Shown one piece after another: positions 1 to 14,586 of a stretch of DNA of 64,000 nt. The notes under the pieces were generated by a model. It saw only the letters and a list, made by a program, of their open reading frames with translations, did not search any database and was not told the DNA's origin. The stretch is taken from the NCBI GenBank assembly GCA_964016885.1, contig CAXHJY010001028.1:1-64000 (forward strand), read 5' to 3'. The translations under genes and the position numbers were made by a program. Every line of letters begins with the position of its first letter. The first letter of the stretch is position 1. The stretch is from Eledone cirrhosa (lineage: Eukaryota).

Positions 1-236
1 CCTATGTCTCTTTTTCTCTCTCTCTCTTATCCTCATTCCTCTCGCTCTCTCTCTCACTCTATCTCCTCCATCCCCCTCTATATATCTCTATATAACTCTC
101 CCACCCCACTATAGCCCTATCTCTCCCCTCACACTACTCCCATCAAACTAAACACTTTTTGTCTTCCATTTTAAACATAACATCTTCCATTCTGGTCATC
201 TTTTAAGACGTCTTTCTTTACATCTTCTCGTCTCTT

Positions 237-267
<31 letters not shown>

Positions 268-391
268 GAGAGAGACAGACATTCACACACACATATATAC
301 AATATATAGAGAGACACATACACACATACACACACATATATATATATATATAAAGAGAGAGACATACACATACACATATATACATATAGAG

Positions 392-426
<35 letters not shown>

Positions 427-913
427 GAGAGAGAGAGACATACACACACATATGTTGAAAATAAACCACATTTGCTCATTCCATGAGAGTATCTTGGTCT
501 GCCTATGAACTTTTCAGCCGATTCTCGTGTGTGTGTGTGTATATATATAAACACAAAGATCGCTGAAAATGTATGTATATATATATAATCCACCTCCTCT
601 CAATAAAGCTTACTGTTCTCTTAATCTCCGATTAAGCTATTTCACACAAATAGACACACACACATATATATATAGAGAGAGAGGGAGAGAGAGACACACA
701 CATATATATATAGAGAGAGAGGGAGAGAGAGACACACACATATATATAGAGAGAGAGAGGGAGAGAGAAAGAGAGAGACACACACACATATGTATATATA
801 TATAGAGAGAGAGAAGAGAGAGACAACACACATATATATATATAGAGAGGGAGACAGAAAGAGAGAGACACACACACATATGTATATATATATAGAGAGA
901 GAGTAAGAGAGAG

Positions 914-974
<61 letters not shown>

Positions 975-1716
975 CACACACACATATATATATATATAGA
1001 GAGAGAGACACACACACATATATATATATTTATATATTCTTATCAAGCTATTTCTCTCTCTCTCTCTTTTTTTTCTGTCTCTCTCTCTCTCCCACACAGT
1101 TTTATGATTTAACAGCATTCAATTGTATTGTTTGTAAATGTATGTATACATATATAACTATATATGTGTGTGTATGCATATATATATATGTATAATAAAT
1201 ATGTATATATGTATTTGGTAGGTGTTTACCCTCTTTTAATTTTTTTACTCTTTTTAATTTTTTTTCCCTTCCCCTTAAATCCCCCCTTTAATGTCTTTCC
1301 ACCACTCCCCCTCACACCATCGGAACTCTTTTCCTTCCCACTTTTCTCCTGGTGAAGGGCTTATGTCCGAAAAGTCCTCCCCCACTCCCACTCTCAAGCG
1401 TCACCTAATACTAACACTTTGTACTGCACTCGTTATTGTTTTTGTTTTTGTTCTAACATATATATATATTATATATATAAGTATATATGTATATGTGTAT
1501 GTATAATGTATATATATATATGTGTGTATTTATGTATGTATATACAATACACATATATACACTATATATGGTGTTGTCCAGGAGAAAGACAATGACCAAT
1601 ACAGCTGGGCACCAGTTAAGTGTCTTGCTGAAGGAGACAATACACCAACCGGTTTGGGAATCGAACTCACAAGCTCACGATTGTCAGCTCAAGACTAAAT
1701 AAGACAAGATACAAGT

Positions 1717-2625
1717 TCCAGAATCGCCATTACTCGGTCTTTTTCCCACCAATTGGTGGTACGAACATGACATTCCAGAATCGCCATACTCGGTCTTCTT
1801 CCCACCCAATTGGTGGTACGAACGTGACATTCCAGAATCGCCATTACTCGGTCTTCTTCCCACAATTGGTGGTACTACGTGACATTCCAGAATCGCCATT
1901 ACTCGGTCTTCTTCCCACCAATTGGTGGTACGAACGTGACATTCTAGAATTGCCATACTCGGTCTTCTTCCCACCAATTGTGGTCTACGAATGTGACATT
2001 CTAGAATCGCCATTACTCGGTCTTCTTCCCACCAATTGGTGGTACGAACGTGACATTCCAGAATCGCCATTACTCGGTCTTCTTCCACCAATTTGTGGTA
2101 CGAACGTGACATTCCAGAATCGCCATTACTCGGTCTTCTTCCCACCAATTTGTGGTACGAACGTGACATTCCAGATTGCCATTACTCGGTCTTCTTCCCA
2201 CCAATTGTGGTACGAACGTGACATTCCAGAATCGCCATTACTCGGTCTTCTTCCCACAATTTGTGGTACGAACGTGACATTCCAGAATCGCCATTACTCG
2301 GTCTTCTTCCCACCAATTTGTGGTACGAACGTGACATTCCAGAATTGCCATTACTCGGTCTTCTTCCCACCAATTTGTGGTACGAACGTGACATTCCAGA
2401 ATCGCCATTACTCGGTCTTCTTCCCACCAATTTGTGGTACGAACGTGACATTCCAGAATTGCCATTACTCGGTCTTCTTCCCACCAATTTGTGGTACGAA
2501 CGTGACATTCCAGAATCGCCATTACTCGGTCTTCTTCCCACCAATTTGTGGTACGAACGTGACATTCCAGAATTGCCATTACTCGGTCTTCTTCCCACCA
2601 ATTTGTGGTACGAACGTGACATTTC
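1717..2625. repeat. 57-bp minisatellite, about 16 copies
   Basis: Unit gtggtacgaacgtgacattccagaatcgccattactcggtcttcttcccaccaattt; left copies carry indels. Confidence 0.95.
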
Positions 2626-2797
2626 TAGTTGTACCATCCCTTTCAACATATACCGCGGTGATGGACAATACTCCCATTTTGGTGCCCAGTGTTATTTGGG
2701 TGAACAATAGACGTCGGTGTTCAGTGGTCAAGGCCACATTGTTTTCCTGACTCCTGACAGGAAGAAATGTCAAACTGACCATAAACAACAATAACAT
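2583..2797 (-). CDS. Candidate first coding exon of a secreted or membrane host protein
   Basis: caaaATG context; MLLLFMVSLTFLPVRSQ is signal-peptide-like; non-repetitive 71 codons; possible GTAATG donor. No homology recognised. Confidence 0.3.
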
Positions 2798-3141
2798 TTT
2801 GAACCTGGCTTTTAAATTTTTTTTTAAATGACTTTTATGACTTTTATAACTTTTATGACCAACTTAGAAAAACTCGGCCTCATTCGTGGCACGCAAAGTC
2901 ATTTGAGCTTCTGAATATCTCCGTAAATATCATATAGACCCTTACACAGACCCTCCATCCTTCCATATATACACACATTTATACACACATTTATATATAC
3001 ATATATACAACCATATATAGTCTATTAAAATAACCAGAAACATATATTCATACATATATTCATACATACATATATACAGACATACATATATACATATACA
3101 CATATGTACATATATACATACATACATACATACATACATAC

Positions 3142-3174
<33 letters not shown>

Positions 3175-3824
3175 TACACACATACAAATATATTTGCGAG
3201 TGTATATGTGTGTTCTGAAATATTTAAGCGTGTTAAACACACGACATTTATGTCAACAAGACAGTAGGTATGTTGTGTTGATAGAGAGAAAGATGGGAGA
3301 GAGAGGGGGTGATTGAGAGGGGGGTGATTGAGATGGAGAGAGAGGGTGATTGAGAGGGAGAGAGGGGGTGATTGAGAGGGAGAGAGAGGGGGCTGATTGA
3401 GAGAGAGGGGGTGATTGAGAGGGAGGGGGGGGTGATTGAGGGGGAGAGGGGTGATTGAGAGGGAGAGAGAGAAGTTATGGTGTTAGGAGAGTGAGGGGAT
3501 GGATGAGAGAAAGAAGGGGCCTGAGAGAGTAGAAGATTGAAAGGGAGGTGGGTGAGAGAGAGAGAGAGAAATGTGCTGATGAGGTACATCTGTGGAGAGA
3601 GAGAGGGGGGATAGAGAGGTATATAGGAAGCGAGAGAGAGAGGTAAAGATAGATAAACACTGGTAGAGAGAAGTAGAGAGACAGAAAGAAGGGGATAGAG
3701 AGCGAGAGAGAGGTGTGAGGGAGAGAGAGGTATATAGAGAGTGAGAGAGAGAGAGGGGGGATAGAGAGCGAGAGAGAAAGAGAGAGGTATATATATATAT
3801 GTATATAGAGAGCAGGAGAGAGAG

Positions 3825-3900
<76 letters not shown>

Positions 3901-3901
3901 G

Positions 3902-3976
<75 letters not shown>

Positions 3977-4053
3977 GGGTATATATATATATATATAAAT
4001 ATATATATATATAGAGAGAGAGAGGTATATATATATATAGAGAGAGAGAGAGG

Positions 4054-4088
<35 letters not shown>

Positions 4089-4089
4089 G

Positions 4090-4124
<35 letters not shown>

Positions 4125-4223
4125 GTATATATATATATATATAGAGAGAGAGAGGGGTATATATATATATATATATAAATATATATAGAGAGAAAAAGGT
4201 ATATAGAGAGCGAGAGAGAGAGG

Positions 4224-4254
<31 letters not shown>

Positions 4255-4860
4255 GCTATGAGTCGTTGCTATGTGCTGTGTATAGTTTTGTGTCTACAAT
4301 ATTGTGGCGACATTGTTTGGACAGGTCAAGAGTTCACAACGTTGACCAGGGGTCATGTGTCAAATAGGGGGCGAATATTTAAGGGTTTGTCTAATCTTGA
4401 GGGTTTTTAAGGGTTCAACTTCAATGGGAAACATTTCTTCCCTACTAATAGTCAGTTGGTAACGTAGTTAGTGCAATGTGGTGGTGGTGGTGGTGGTGGA
4501 GGAGGGGTGATAGTGGGGGGGGATAATGGTGGTGGTTATGGTGGTGGAGGGGTGATAGGGGGTATCGGTGGTGGGGTGGGTGGGGGTGATAGTGGGGTGG
4601 ATAGTGGTGGTGGTTGGGGGGGGGGGGGGACTTGGTGGTGATAGTAGAAGGAAGGAAGAGGATGAGGGTGATGAGATGGAGGAGGAGATTTAAAGTTCCC
4701 CAGAAACACCGCATGTCACTACGTCGTCCCTACGACCCTACCAGAACTTACGGATGCACAAACATACAAACACACACACACACACATATATATATATACA
4801 TATATATATATACATATATATACTTGTTCTACCAAGCTTTGGAATACTCCTAATAACTGA

Positions 4861-4901
<41 letters not shown>

Positions 4902-4984
4902 TTTATATACACTTATATATCATTACACATCTTAAAGAATGGCTACCGACACACAGACACACACGCACACACACACACACACGC

Positions 4985-5057
<73 letters not shown>

Positions 5058-5224
5058 AATGAAAGGTATAGAAAATATTGTAGCAAAAAGCCAACAGTAT
5101 TCCATAATATATAAGTGACTATAGCGTCAAAATACTTCACGTAAGATGTGGAAAAAATAATTCAAACTCAACTCAAAAAGAATCAGGATATAGATTCATC
5201 CATCAGAATTTAGTGAAATCCAGG

Positions 5225-5260
<36 letters not shown>

Positions 5261-5263
<3 letters not shown>

Positions 5264-5365
5264 AACGAGTAGGACCTACTCGTTCCTATTACCCACTCCA
5301 CTACCCTAAGTATTGAGCACTTTGGTGCGTTATGGTCCACCTGGTTCCTTGCCACATTTCCTTCG

Positions 5366-5367
<2 letters not shown>
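5261..5367 (+). mobile_element. Family A PLE-terminal-repeat fragment with a short 5' hairpin
   Basis: Hairpin aggaacgagtagg-a-cctactcgttcct, then the family A tail (ctattacccactc...cttcgtta); flanked by (TA)n. Confidence 0.65.
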
Positions 5368-5427
<60 letters not shown>

Positions 5428-5547
5428 TCTTTCACTCTTTTACCTGTTCCAGCCATCCGGCTGAGGCCATGTATATATATAACCGTACTCTACTACCCCA
5501 AGTATCGAGTACTCTGGTCAGTAATATATATATATATATATATATAT

Positions 5548-5738
5548 AGGAAAATGTAACCCCGACGGCAGAGCTCAAGCTGTTTCGAAGGCTATTTCAG
5601 TCCAAAAATAGGCGTCGAAATAGCTTGAGCTCTGCCGTCGGGGTCATACTTTTTCCTATTACCCACTCTACTACCTTAAGTATTGAGTACTCTGGTGCGT
5701 TATGGTCCATCTGGTTCCTTACCACAACTCCTTCGTTA
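5548..5738 (+). mobile_element. Family A PLE-terminal-repeat insert with a 5' fold-back
   Basis: Inverted arms ccccgacggcagagctcaagc / gcttgagctctgccgtcgggg, then the tail ending cttcgtta; inserted in (TA)n. A tail-only fragment lies at 5481-5523. Confidence 0.7.
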
Positions 5739-5853
5739 TATATATATATATAGTAAAAGAATGGAGAATAACATGGTGAGGCTGTACAATAGGGTTTATT
5801 GAAAGTATTAACAATTGTTTCATTATTCCGGTGTCTCTAAAAGTCGCTGATCG

Positions 5854-5904
<51 letters not shown>

Positions 5905-6273
5905 GTGTGTGTGCGGTAGCTATTTTAAAAAATGTGTTATGATGGGTATGTATTCCTTGACACATGTTTATCTCTTATCCTAGATTTAAGTTGATTTGAA
6001 AACCACCCTACCCCTTGACCACCCTAGCCTCCTACCCCCCAGGCCACCCAGGCCCCCTATCCCTGTAACCCCTTGGCCCCAATCTATAAACATCTGCTTG
6101 GATTATAATAAGGATAGAATAAGAAGGAGCTAGGAGTAATTTGAAAGTTGCTCTGATCCGTGAAAGTCAATCAAAAACCGTTTGAAGAGAAAAGTTGTAA
6201 CATCTCGACATTGTAAAACACTTTATCACTAAAGAATAACAACCAGCAACAGGCAGAAAATTGATCTTATCAT

Positions 6274-6418
<145 letters not shown>

Positions 6419-6494
6419 TGTCTGTGTGTATGTATGTGTGTGTAATGAAGTTGAAAAATATAAGCTTCTTCTTCCATTATTATACACACACGCG

Positions 6495-6882
6495 ACGGTG
6501 GATTGGCAGTATCGGTAGAGGGTCGGACGCCATGTTTTCCAGCATAGTTACGTCCCTTTACGATCTGTGTTCAAATCCCGCCGAGGTTGACTTTGCCTTT
6601 CATCCTTACGGGGTCGATAAAATAAAGTACCAGTAACGCACTGGGTAATTGCTGGCCTTGTGCCTAAAGTAGAAACAATTATTATACACACGCGCGACGG
6701 TGGATTGGCAGTATCGGTAGAGGGTCGGGCGCCATGCTTTGAAGCATAGAGTTACGTCCCTTTATGATCTGAGTTCAAATCCCGCCGAGATTGACTTTGC
6801 CTTTCTGCCTTACAGGGAAGATAAAATAAAGTACCAGTAATGTACTGGGTAATTGCTGGCCTTATGCCTAAAATAGAAAATA
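6495..6882 (+). mobile_element. Two tandem tRNA-derived SINEs (octopus-type family)
   Basis: A-box-like tggcagtatcgg and B-box gttcaaatcc, then cgccgagg..gactttgcctttcatcc...gataaaataaagtaccagt. Confidence 0.75.
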
Positions 6883-6931
6883 ATATATATATATATATTA
6901 TTCCACAATGCTTCAAGCAAACTTCAACACT

Positions 6932-7008
<77 letters not shown>

Positions 7009-7279
7009 AAAGAGTGAGAGAGGGGGAGAGAGAGGCTGGGAGAATGATGTATATATTACATGATTTCCCCTAATGAGGTTACCTTGATAATTTAATAATT
7101 TTGAGTTATTTCAACATATACACACTGGAGTCAGTGTATATATGTTGAAATATATGTTGATATATATATATACATCCGTATAATGGTGTTATAACACACA
7201 CCACACCTCACCATCACTCTATCACCACATCACTCCTCCACACAAAATGTACATGGTGTTATTGCCGCATACACACACA

Positions 7280-7368
<89 letters not shown>

Positions 7369-7592
7369 AATGGTAGCTAAGATGGTTCCATAGGCGGTAT
7401 GCCGGTTGAGCACTCTATGCTCCTACGAAGCAGAGTATGATAGAATGAATATATATATATATATATATATATACATATGCGTATGTCTATGTATGTGTGT
7501 ATGTATGTGTATATATATATACTCACATACATAGACATACGCATATATATATATATATATTTATATATTTATATATATATATATATATATAA

Positions 7593-7651
<59 letters not shown>

Positions 7652-8276
7652 TATGTCTATGTATGTGTGTATATATATATATATATACACACATACATAC
7701 ATAGACATACGCGCACGCACACACACAGAGCCGTAGTACACGGAAATAGCCACACATAGGCTCATAAAAAATCCATGAGATGTTTGCTATCGTCTTATCT
7801 ACCAACTACCGCCATAAAGAATTTTAATAAAAGATTACATTTGATAATGAAGTATCTCTGTTGCCATCTGTCCAGATAAATATCTCAATGAATCTGTATC
7901 CTTTATATCTCGCTAGACACACATTACACATTTTAACTGGTGTTGGTGTTGGTGGGGCCTTTAAAGGTTTTTTAAAGATTTTTGTTTATGTATTTATTAT
8001 TTCTGTTCCTATACATGATTAGGGTTTGTTTGAGCTCCGAAAATTCCTTCCTAAGGGGCTTACTAAGATGATTGAGAATGTATAAAAGGGTTGCTTGGGT
8101 GTGGATAAATTTAAGAAGGAGAAGAAAATATATTCCACATTTTAGGGTTGCGGTACTACGTGTTGCATAGAATGTGGGAGTTGGGTAAGTGCAAGCGAAA
8201 AGTCCCTTTAGATGAAACAATCCTTTGAATGAAAAGTTCCTTTAAATGAAAAAATCCTTTGAATGAAAAGATCCTG

Positions 8277-8393
8277 GTTTCTACAGGACTAGAACTGTTT
8301 TATTGAAAAGAAACAGTTCTAGTCCTGTAGGAGCCATTTCTATATTAAACTTGATGTTTACATTCTATTGATCTATGTGGTTACCCCCGATTC
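8277..8393 (+). mobile_element. Family B PLE-terminal-repeat insert with fold-back
   Basis: Arms ctacaggactagaactgttt / aaacagttctagtcctgtag and tail tgtggttacccccgatt. Same family as 25914-26100, 26295-26345, 21660-21700 and 50530-50580. Confidence 0.65.
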
Positions 8394-8655
8394 TTTTTTT
8401 GTTTTGTTTAGTTTTTGTGCCATTCAGTTAAAGCGGTAAATAGTCAGATAGGATGGCTTTGTGGTGTTTGATCTGGTTCTTAACGTTTGGAGTTCAAATC
8501 CCACTAGCGTTATCAGTTTACTAGTGTCATCCTTTCATGGGCAATATATATATATAACCATTACTGTTGGAAGCTCCCGGATACTATCCGGGAGCTTCCA
8601 ACAGTAATGGTTGCATTTTTAAGGGTATGTCAATATTTATTTATAAAACTGATCT

Positions 8656-8731
8656 ATATTATATTTTATCTGATGAAAGCACACCATAATTTAACTTGGT
8701 GTCCTTGAAATATGTATAATGAAATAAATAT
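8656..8731 (+). ncRNA. Type I hammerhead ribozyme in a short (TA)n-inserted element (about 8556-8855)
   Basis: Stem I tattttat/atgaaata plus atatt/aatat. CTGATGA at 8670-76. Stem II aag-c-acacca/tggtgt-c-ctt. GAAA at 8707-10. Stem III ATAtgTAT, AUA triplet. Confidence 0.8.
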
Positions 8732-8853
8732 GGTTTTATAAATATAGTTTCCATTTGTTAATATCGTATGTTTACTCCAAATACTTGTTGAGTGCTTTAT
8801 ATCAGTTATAAAAATATTTGCTTGTTGTATCCCAACAATTTAAATAGAACTTT

Positions 8854-8944
<91 letters not shown>

Positions 8945-9133
8945 TGAAGTTGGAAATATATTATCCGTGCTATTTCCAACTTCACCCTTTTCTCTATATC
9001 CCCTGTTTTGTATAGAACCTTACTCCCCTTTTCTAATATATATATATATATAACTTCTTCTTCCCCAACTTACCCCTGGGGGGACGTGGGCGAGCAGAGT
9101 TTTCAGCCACGCCTTCTCGAGGTCCTATCAGAA

Positions 9134-9184
<51 letters not shown>

Positions 9185-9280
9185 AAGAGAGCTTTTGTTC
9201 TTGAAAAAATGTGTTTGAAAAAGACTTTTAAATATATATATAGATGTGAGAAAAACCACAGACCCTCCATCTCAACTCTA

Positions 9281-9319
9281 CTTTTGAAAAGCAGAAGAAC
9301 TGCGAAACCGGTAAAGGAA
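9281..9319 (+). ncRNA. Degenerate minimal hammerhead in a (TA)n-flanked insert (about 9242-9452)
   Basis: ctt TTGAAAA gcag-aagaa-ctgc GAAA ccgg TA aag. Palindromic ACCGGT; first core is two substitutions from CTGAAGA. Confidence 0.5.
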
Positions 9320-9566
9320 CCAAATAAATATATATATATTTTTTTAAATAAGACTCCAGTTGCATTTTCGATTTCATCTTTTTTTCTTTATGCTTTCACT
9401 CGTGTAGGACACCTCGGTTATTTTTCATTTTGTAAAAAAAACCTCACTTCTAATATATATATATATTTAAAGGGTAAAAATATTAGGAATTTATGAAAAA
9501 ACAATGTTTTATTAGGGCAAGAAATGAAAGTTGTTTTACTTTATACTGTTTATTATTATTATTATT

Positions 9567-9895
9567 AGGGAAGTGCTCTCTTCCCAGCATTTTGTTGAAA
9601 GATGGGTGAGAGAAGCAAGTATGGCCTGAATGAATGGGCCTTCTCTGAGTATGTGTCTGTAAATTAAAGGTGGAAAACTGGGAGAGGGCACTTGCCCTGG
9701 TGGTCAGGGCCACTGTGGTCTTTTAATGGGCTTTCTCCACAAATGTCCCTCGGAAGTCTCCCCCCTATTGGGGAATTTTTCTTTGTTATTTTATTTCATC
9801 CTCTGTTTTTTTTACACGCAGAAATGCCCATTTGTACCGTCCTGTACTGTCCTTAATGTCTACTTTATGTAAACCCTTGTGGTTAATAAAGAAAA

Positions 9896-9943
<48 letters not shown>
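9567..9943 (+). mobile_element. LINE 3' end (L1/Tx1-like) with (ATT)n tail
   Basis: FVERWV..ASMA.MNGP coding remnant, 3' UTR ending aataaagaaa plus (ATT)n. A second copy lies at 53725-54075 and a partial one at 53530-53705. Confidence 0.55.
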
Positions 9944-9944
<1 letters not shown>

Positions 9945-10269
9945 TTTCGTTTTTCTGCGATAGAATCGTTGATGTTGTCCCGCGGCTCCTGGTAAATATA
10001 TATGGCTTATATTGACAAGAATTCAGTCTATTTATACAAAGTTAATATGGAGGTTTCTACTGTGGCCTTTTGACAAATATCAAAGTCGAAATTGAATTCG
10101 TGACGAAAGAAAACCTTTCGGCTTGTTTCATCTTTTTTTCATTTTTTTTCTTTCTTTTTCTTTTCCTTTTAGTAAACATATTGTTTTAGATTTTAGGGGA
10201 CCAGTGCCGTCAGTAATGTCAGCAAGTGTTGAAAATATTTAATTTTGGGAGTCCAGAATTGGTATATCA

Positions 10270-11640
10270 TATATACCAGCACTGGTGGACCTGCGTTGTC
10301 TGTTGTCATGTATACCAGGACTGGTGGACCTGCGTTGTCTGTTGTCATATATACCAGGACTGGTGGACCTGTGTTGTCTGTTGTCATGTATACCAGGACT
10401 GGTGGACCTGTGTTGTCTGTTGTCATGTATACCAGGACTGGTGGACCTGTGTTGTCTGTTGTCATGTATACCAGGACTGGTGGACCTGCGTTGTCTGTTG
10501 TCATGTATACCAGGACTGGTGGACCTGTGTTGTCTGTTGTCATGTATACCAGGACTGGTGGACCTGCGTTGTCTGTTGTCATGTATACCAGGACTGGTGG
10601 ACCTGCGTTGTCTGTTGTCATATATACCAGGACTGGTGGACCTGTGTTGTCTGTTGTCATGTATACCAGGACTGGTGGACCTGTGTTGTCTGTTGTCATG
10701 TATACCAGGACTGGTGGACCTGTGTTGTCTGTTGTCATGTATACCAGGACTGGTGGACCTGTGTTGTCTGTTGTCATGTATACCAGGACTGGTGGACCTG
10801 TGTTGTCTGTTGTCATGTATACCAGGACTGGTGGACCTGTGTTGTCTGTTGTCATATATACCAGGACTGGTGGACCTGTGTTGTCTGTTGTCATATATAC
10901 CAGGACTGGTGGACCTGCGTTGTCTGTTGTCATATATACCAGGACTGGTGGACCTGTGTTGTCTGTTGTCATGTATACCAGGACTGGTGGACCTGTGTTG
11001 TCTATTGTCATATATACCAGGACTGGTGGACCTGTGTTGTCTGTTGTCATGTATACCAGGACTGGTGGACCTGTGTTGTCTGTTGTCATGTATACCAGGA
11101 CTGGTGGACCTGTGTTGTCTGTTGTCATGTATACCAGGACTGGTGGACCTGTGTTGTCTGTTGTCATGTATACCAGGACTGGTGGACCTGTGTTGTCTGT
11201 TGTCATATATACCAGGACTGGTGGACCTGTGTTGTCTGTTGTCATATATACCAGGACTGGTGGACCTGCGTTGTCTGTTGTCATATATACCAGGACTGGT
11301 GGACCTGTGTTGTCTGTTGTCATGTATACCAGGACTGGTGGACCTGTGTTGTCTATTGTCATATATACCAGGACTGGTGGACCTGTGTTGTCTGTTGTCA
11401 TGTATACCAGGACTGGTGGACCTGTGTTGTCTGTTGTCATGTATACCAGGACTGGTGGACCTGTGTTGTCTGTTGTCATATATACCAGGACTGGTGGACC
11501 TGTGTTGTCTGTTGTCATGTATACCAGGACTGGTGGACCTGTGTTGTCTGTTGTCATGTATACCAGGACTGGTGGACCTGTGTTGTCTGTTGTCATGTAT
11601 ACCAGGACTGGTGGACCTGTGTTGTCTGTTGTCATATATA
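10270..11640. repeat. 39-bp minisatellite, about 35 copies
   Basis: Unit tataccaggactggtggacctg(t/c)gttgtctgttgtcat(g/a). Confidence 0.95.
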
Positions 11641-11789
11641 CCCCCACCCCACGGCACTACATAGAGGTCACGGGAGAGGTCATGACCTGGACACACCATA
11701 TAAGGAAATTAGGAACAATTACAAAAGAAGAAAAAAACCAATTACATCAATAAATATGGACGACATTTATAAAATATTAAATATTGATT

Positions 11790-11791
11790 CG

Positions 11792-11823
<32 letters not shown>

Positions 11824-11869
11824 GTTGTTGTTGTTGGTGGTGGTGGTGGTGTTGTTGTTGTTGGTGCTG

Positions 11870-11901
<32 letters not shown>

Positions 11902-11914
11902 GGTGTTGTTGTTG

Positions 11915-11946
<32 letters not shown>

Positions 11947-12057
11947 GGTTGTTGTTGTTGTTCTTGGTGGTGGTGGTGGTGTTGTTGTTGTTGTTGGTGG
12001 TGGTGGTGTTGTTGGTGGTGTTGGTGTTGTTGTTGGTGTTGTTGTTGTTGGTGGTGG

Positions 12058-12089
<32 letters not shown>

Positions 12090-12303
12090 GGTGGTGTTGT
12101 TGTTGTTGGTGTTGTGGTGGTGGTGGTGGTGTTGTTGTTGTTGGTGGTGGTGGTGTTGTTGTTGTTGTTGGTGTTGTTGTTGGTGTTGTGGTGGTGGTGG
12201 TGGTGTTGTTGTTGTTGGTGGTGGTGGTGTTGTTGTTGTTGTTGGTGTTGTTGGTGGTGGTGGTGGTGTTGTTGTTGTTGGTGGTGGTGGTGTTGTTGTT
12301 GTT
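11790..12303. repeat. (GTT/GGT)n tract
   Basis: Direct reading. Confidence 0.9.
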
Positions 12304-12307
12304 CATA

Positions 12308-12384
12308 TTATATGAAGACATTTCTCTTTCTTCCCGGATATGAGGAGGTTAATGCGAGTGAGAGGTCTAAACAGTCCGACACAA
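12308..12384 (-). CDS. Candidate terminal host exon
   Basis: tttcag acceptor; phase-compatible with 15717-15849, giving VVSDCLDLSLALTSSYPGRKRNVFI*. Confidence 0.2.
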
Positions 12385-12565
12385 CTGAAATGAGGTGATG
12401 TCACATCAATTAATCCACCCGTTTGGTCAATGTATATATACCCCTCCCCCCTCTCCATAGACACCACCCCTTTCACACCCCACACCCTTATTAGCTCCGC
12501 ATAATACATAATACAACGTAGGATAATTAGGAGCGGAAATAGTACTACCATCATTACTACTACTA

Positions 12566-12612
<47 letters not shown>

Positions 12613-13368
12613 ACTACCACTGCCACTACAACTACTACTACTACTACTACTACTACCGTCATCACTACCACCAACATCACCGCCACCACCACCACCACGC
12701 CACCACCACCGCCACCACCACCACCACCGCTGCCACCGCCACAACCACCACCACCACCACCACCACCACCACCGCCACCACCGCCACTGCCACCACCACC
12801 ACCACCACCACCACCGCCGCCACCACCACCACCACCACCACCACCACCACCGCCACCACCACCATCACCACCACCATATCAATTACTATACCCCCTCCCC
12901 TTTATTACCCAACATCAAACAATCTCCACCATTTCACTCCATCAACGAACAAAACTGATTTTCTCCGGGATTCCTCAATATAATTGTTTGATGATGTGAT
13001 TATATCACCACCACCACCACCACCAGCACTATTACTGCCACCACCACCACTACCACCACCACCACTATTACTGCCACCACTACCACTACCACCACCGCCA
13101 CTGCTACCACCACTACTATATATATATGTATATTCATTTATGTTTAGTCGTTCACCCCTGGGTAGAACATGAGATGTCACCGGGATCGTATGTAACCAGG
13201 CCATTGCAATATATATAGTATTTTTGTAACAATAAAACTTTAAAGAAACTTCACTAGTTTGGCCTCCTGTTATTTTAATCAAACTATTATATATATATAA
13301 GTATGTATATATTTAAGTAACAGCCGTACTAAGAGTGAGAAATGAAATTTCGTTTCATTTTTTCCGTT

Positions 13369-13399
<31 letters not shown>

Positions 13400-13401
13400 C
13401 G

Positions 13402-13616
13402 TTTATTAAAATAACAGATTAAAGTTTAAGCAAAGAATCGCCGCTTTCACCCTTAACGGGATCTTCTGAAACTCGTTAAGGGTGAAAGCAGCGATTCTTT
13501 GCTTAAACTTTAATCTGTTATTTTAATAAATATTTGCTCTAGGGTTCTTATATATTTGATATATATTTATCCTTATCGATCCCTCTTTGGATTTTAGTCT
13601 TCACATTTATTATTAT

Positions 13617-13620
<4 letters not shown>
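13402..13620 (+). mobile_element. Fold-back insert in (TA)n with a probable hammerhead 3' half
   Basis: About 59-bp inverted arms at 13402-13530. The right arm reads GAAA gca...tgc TT, followed by a unique tail to (TA)n. Confidence 0.55.
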
Positions 13621-13666
<46 letters not shown>

Positions 13667-13672
13667 GTATAT

Positions 13673-13830
<158 letters not shown>

Positions 13831-13843
13831 GTATATATATATG

Positions 13844-13949
<106 letters not shown>

Positions 13950-13962
13950 TGTATATGTATAT

Positions 13963-14098
<136 letters not shown>

Positions 14099-14329
14099 GT
14101 AAATAATATAATGCATCACATTTACAGTTCTTAACAGTTACGTCAGAAAGTAAATTTGATTAAAGCTTGCATATAATAAAAAGAAGAAGAAAAGTGATCA
14201 ATTGTATCTAATAATGTTGCTGTTGCTGCAACTGTCATTTAATGTCATCCGAAGCCAACCAGATTAGTGTGCACTTCAATGGGATTATATACTTCACTAA
14301 GCACATTTTATTTAAATTTGCACACACAG

Positions 14330-14407
<78 letters not shown>

Positions 14408-14412
<5 letters not shown>

Positions 14413-14494
14413 CCCTTATGTTCATAGACTTAATTATGGTATAAAAAATTATCTCAATCATATTATACCATAATTAAGTCTATGAACATAAGGA

Positions 14495-14499
<5 letters not shown>
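14408..14499. repeat. Hairpin insert in (TA)n
   Basis: atgagcccttatgttcatagacttaattatggtataa / ttataccataattaagtctatgaacataaggactcat; no hammerhead core seen. Confidence 0.7.

Positions 14500-14586
<87 letters not shown>

Noticed and set aside
1717-2625. CRISPR-like array
   Set aside because: Head-to-tail repeats with no unique spacers, no cas genes and a eukaryotic context; the same applies to 10270-11640.
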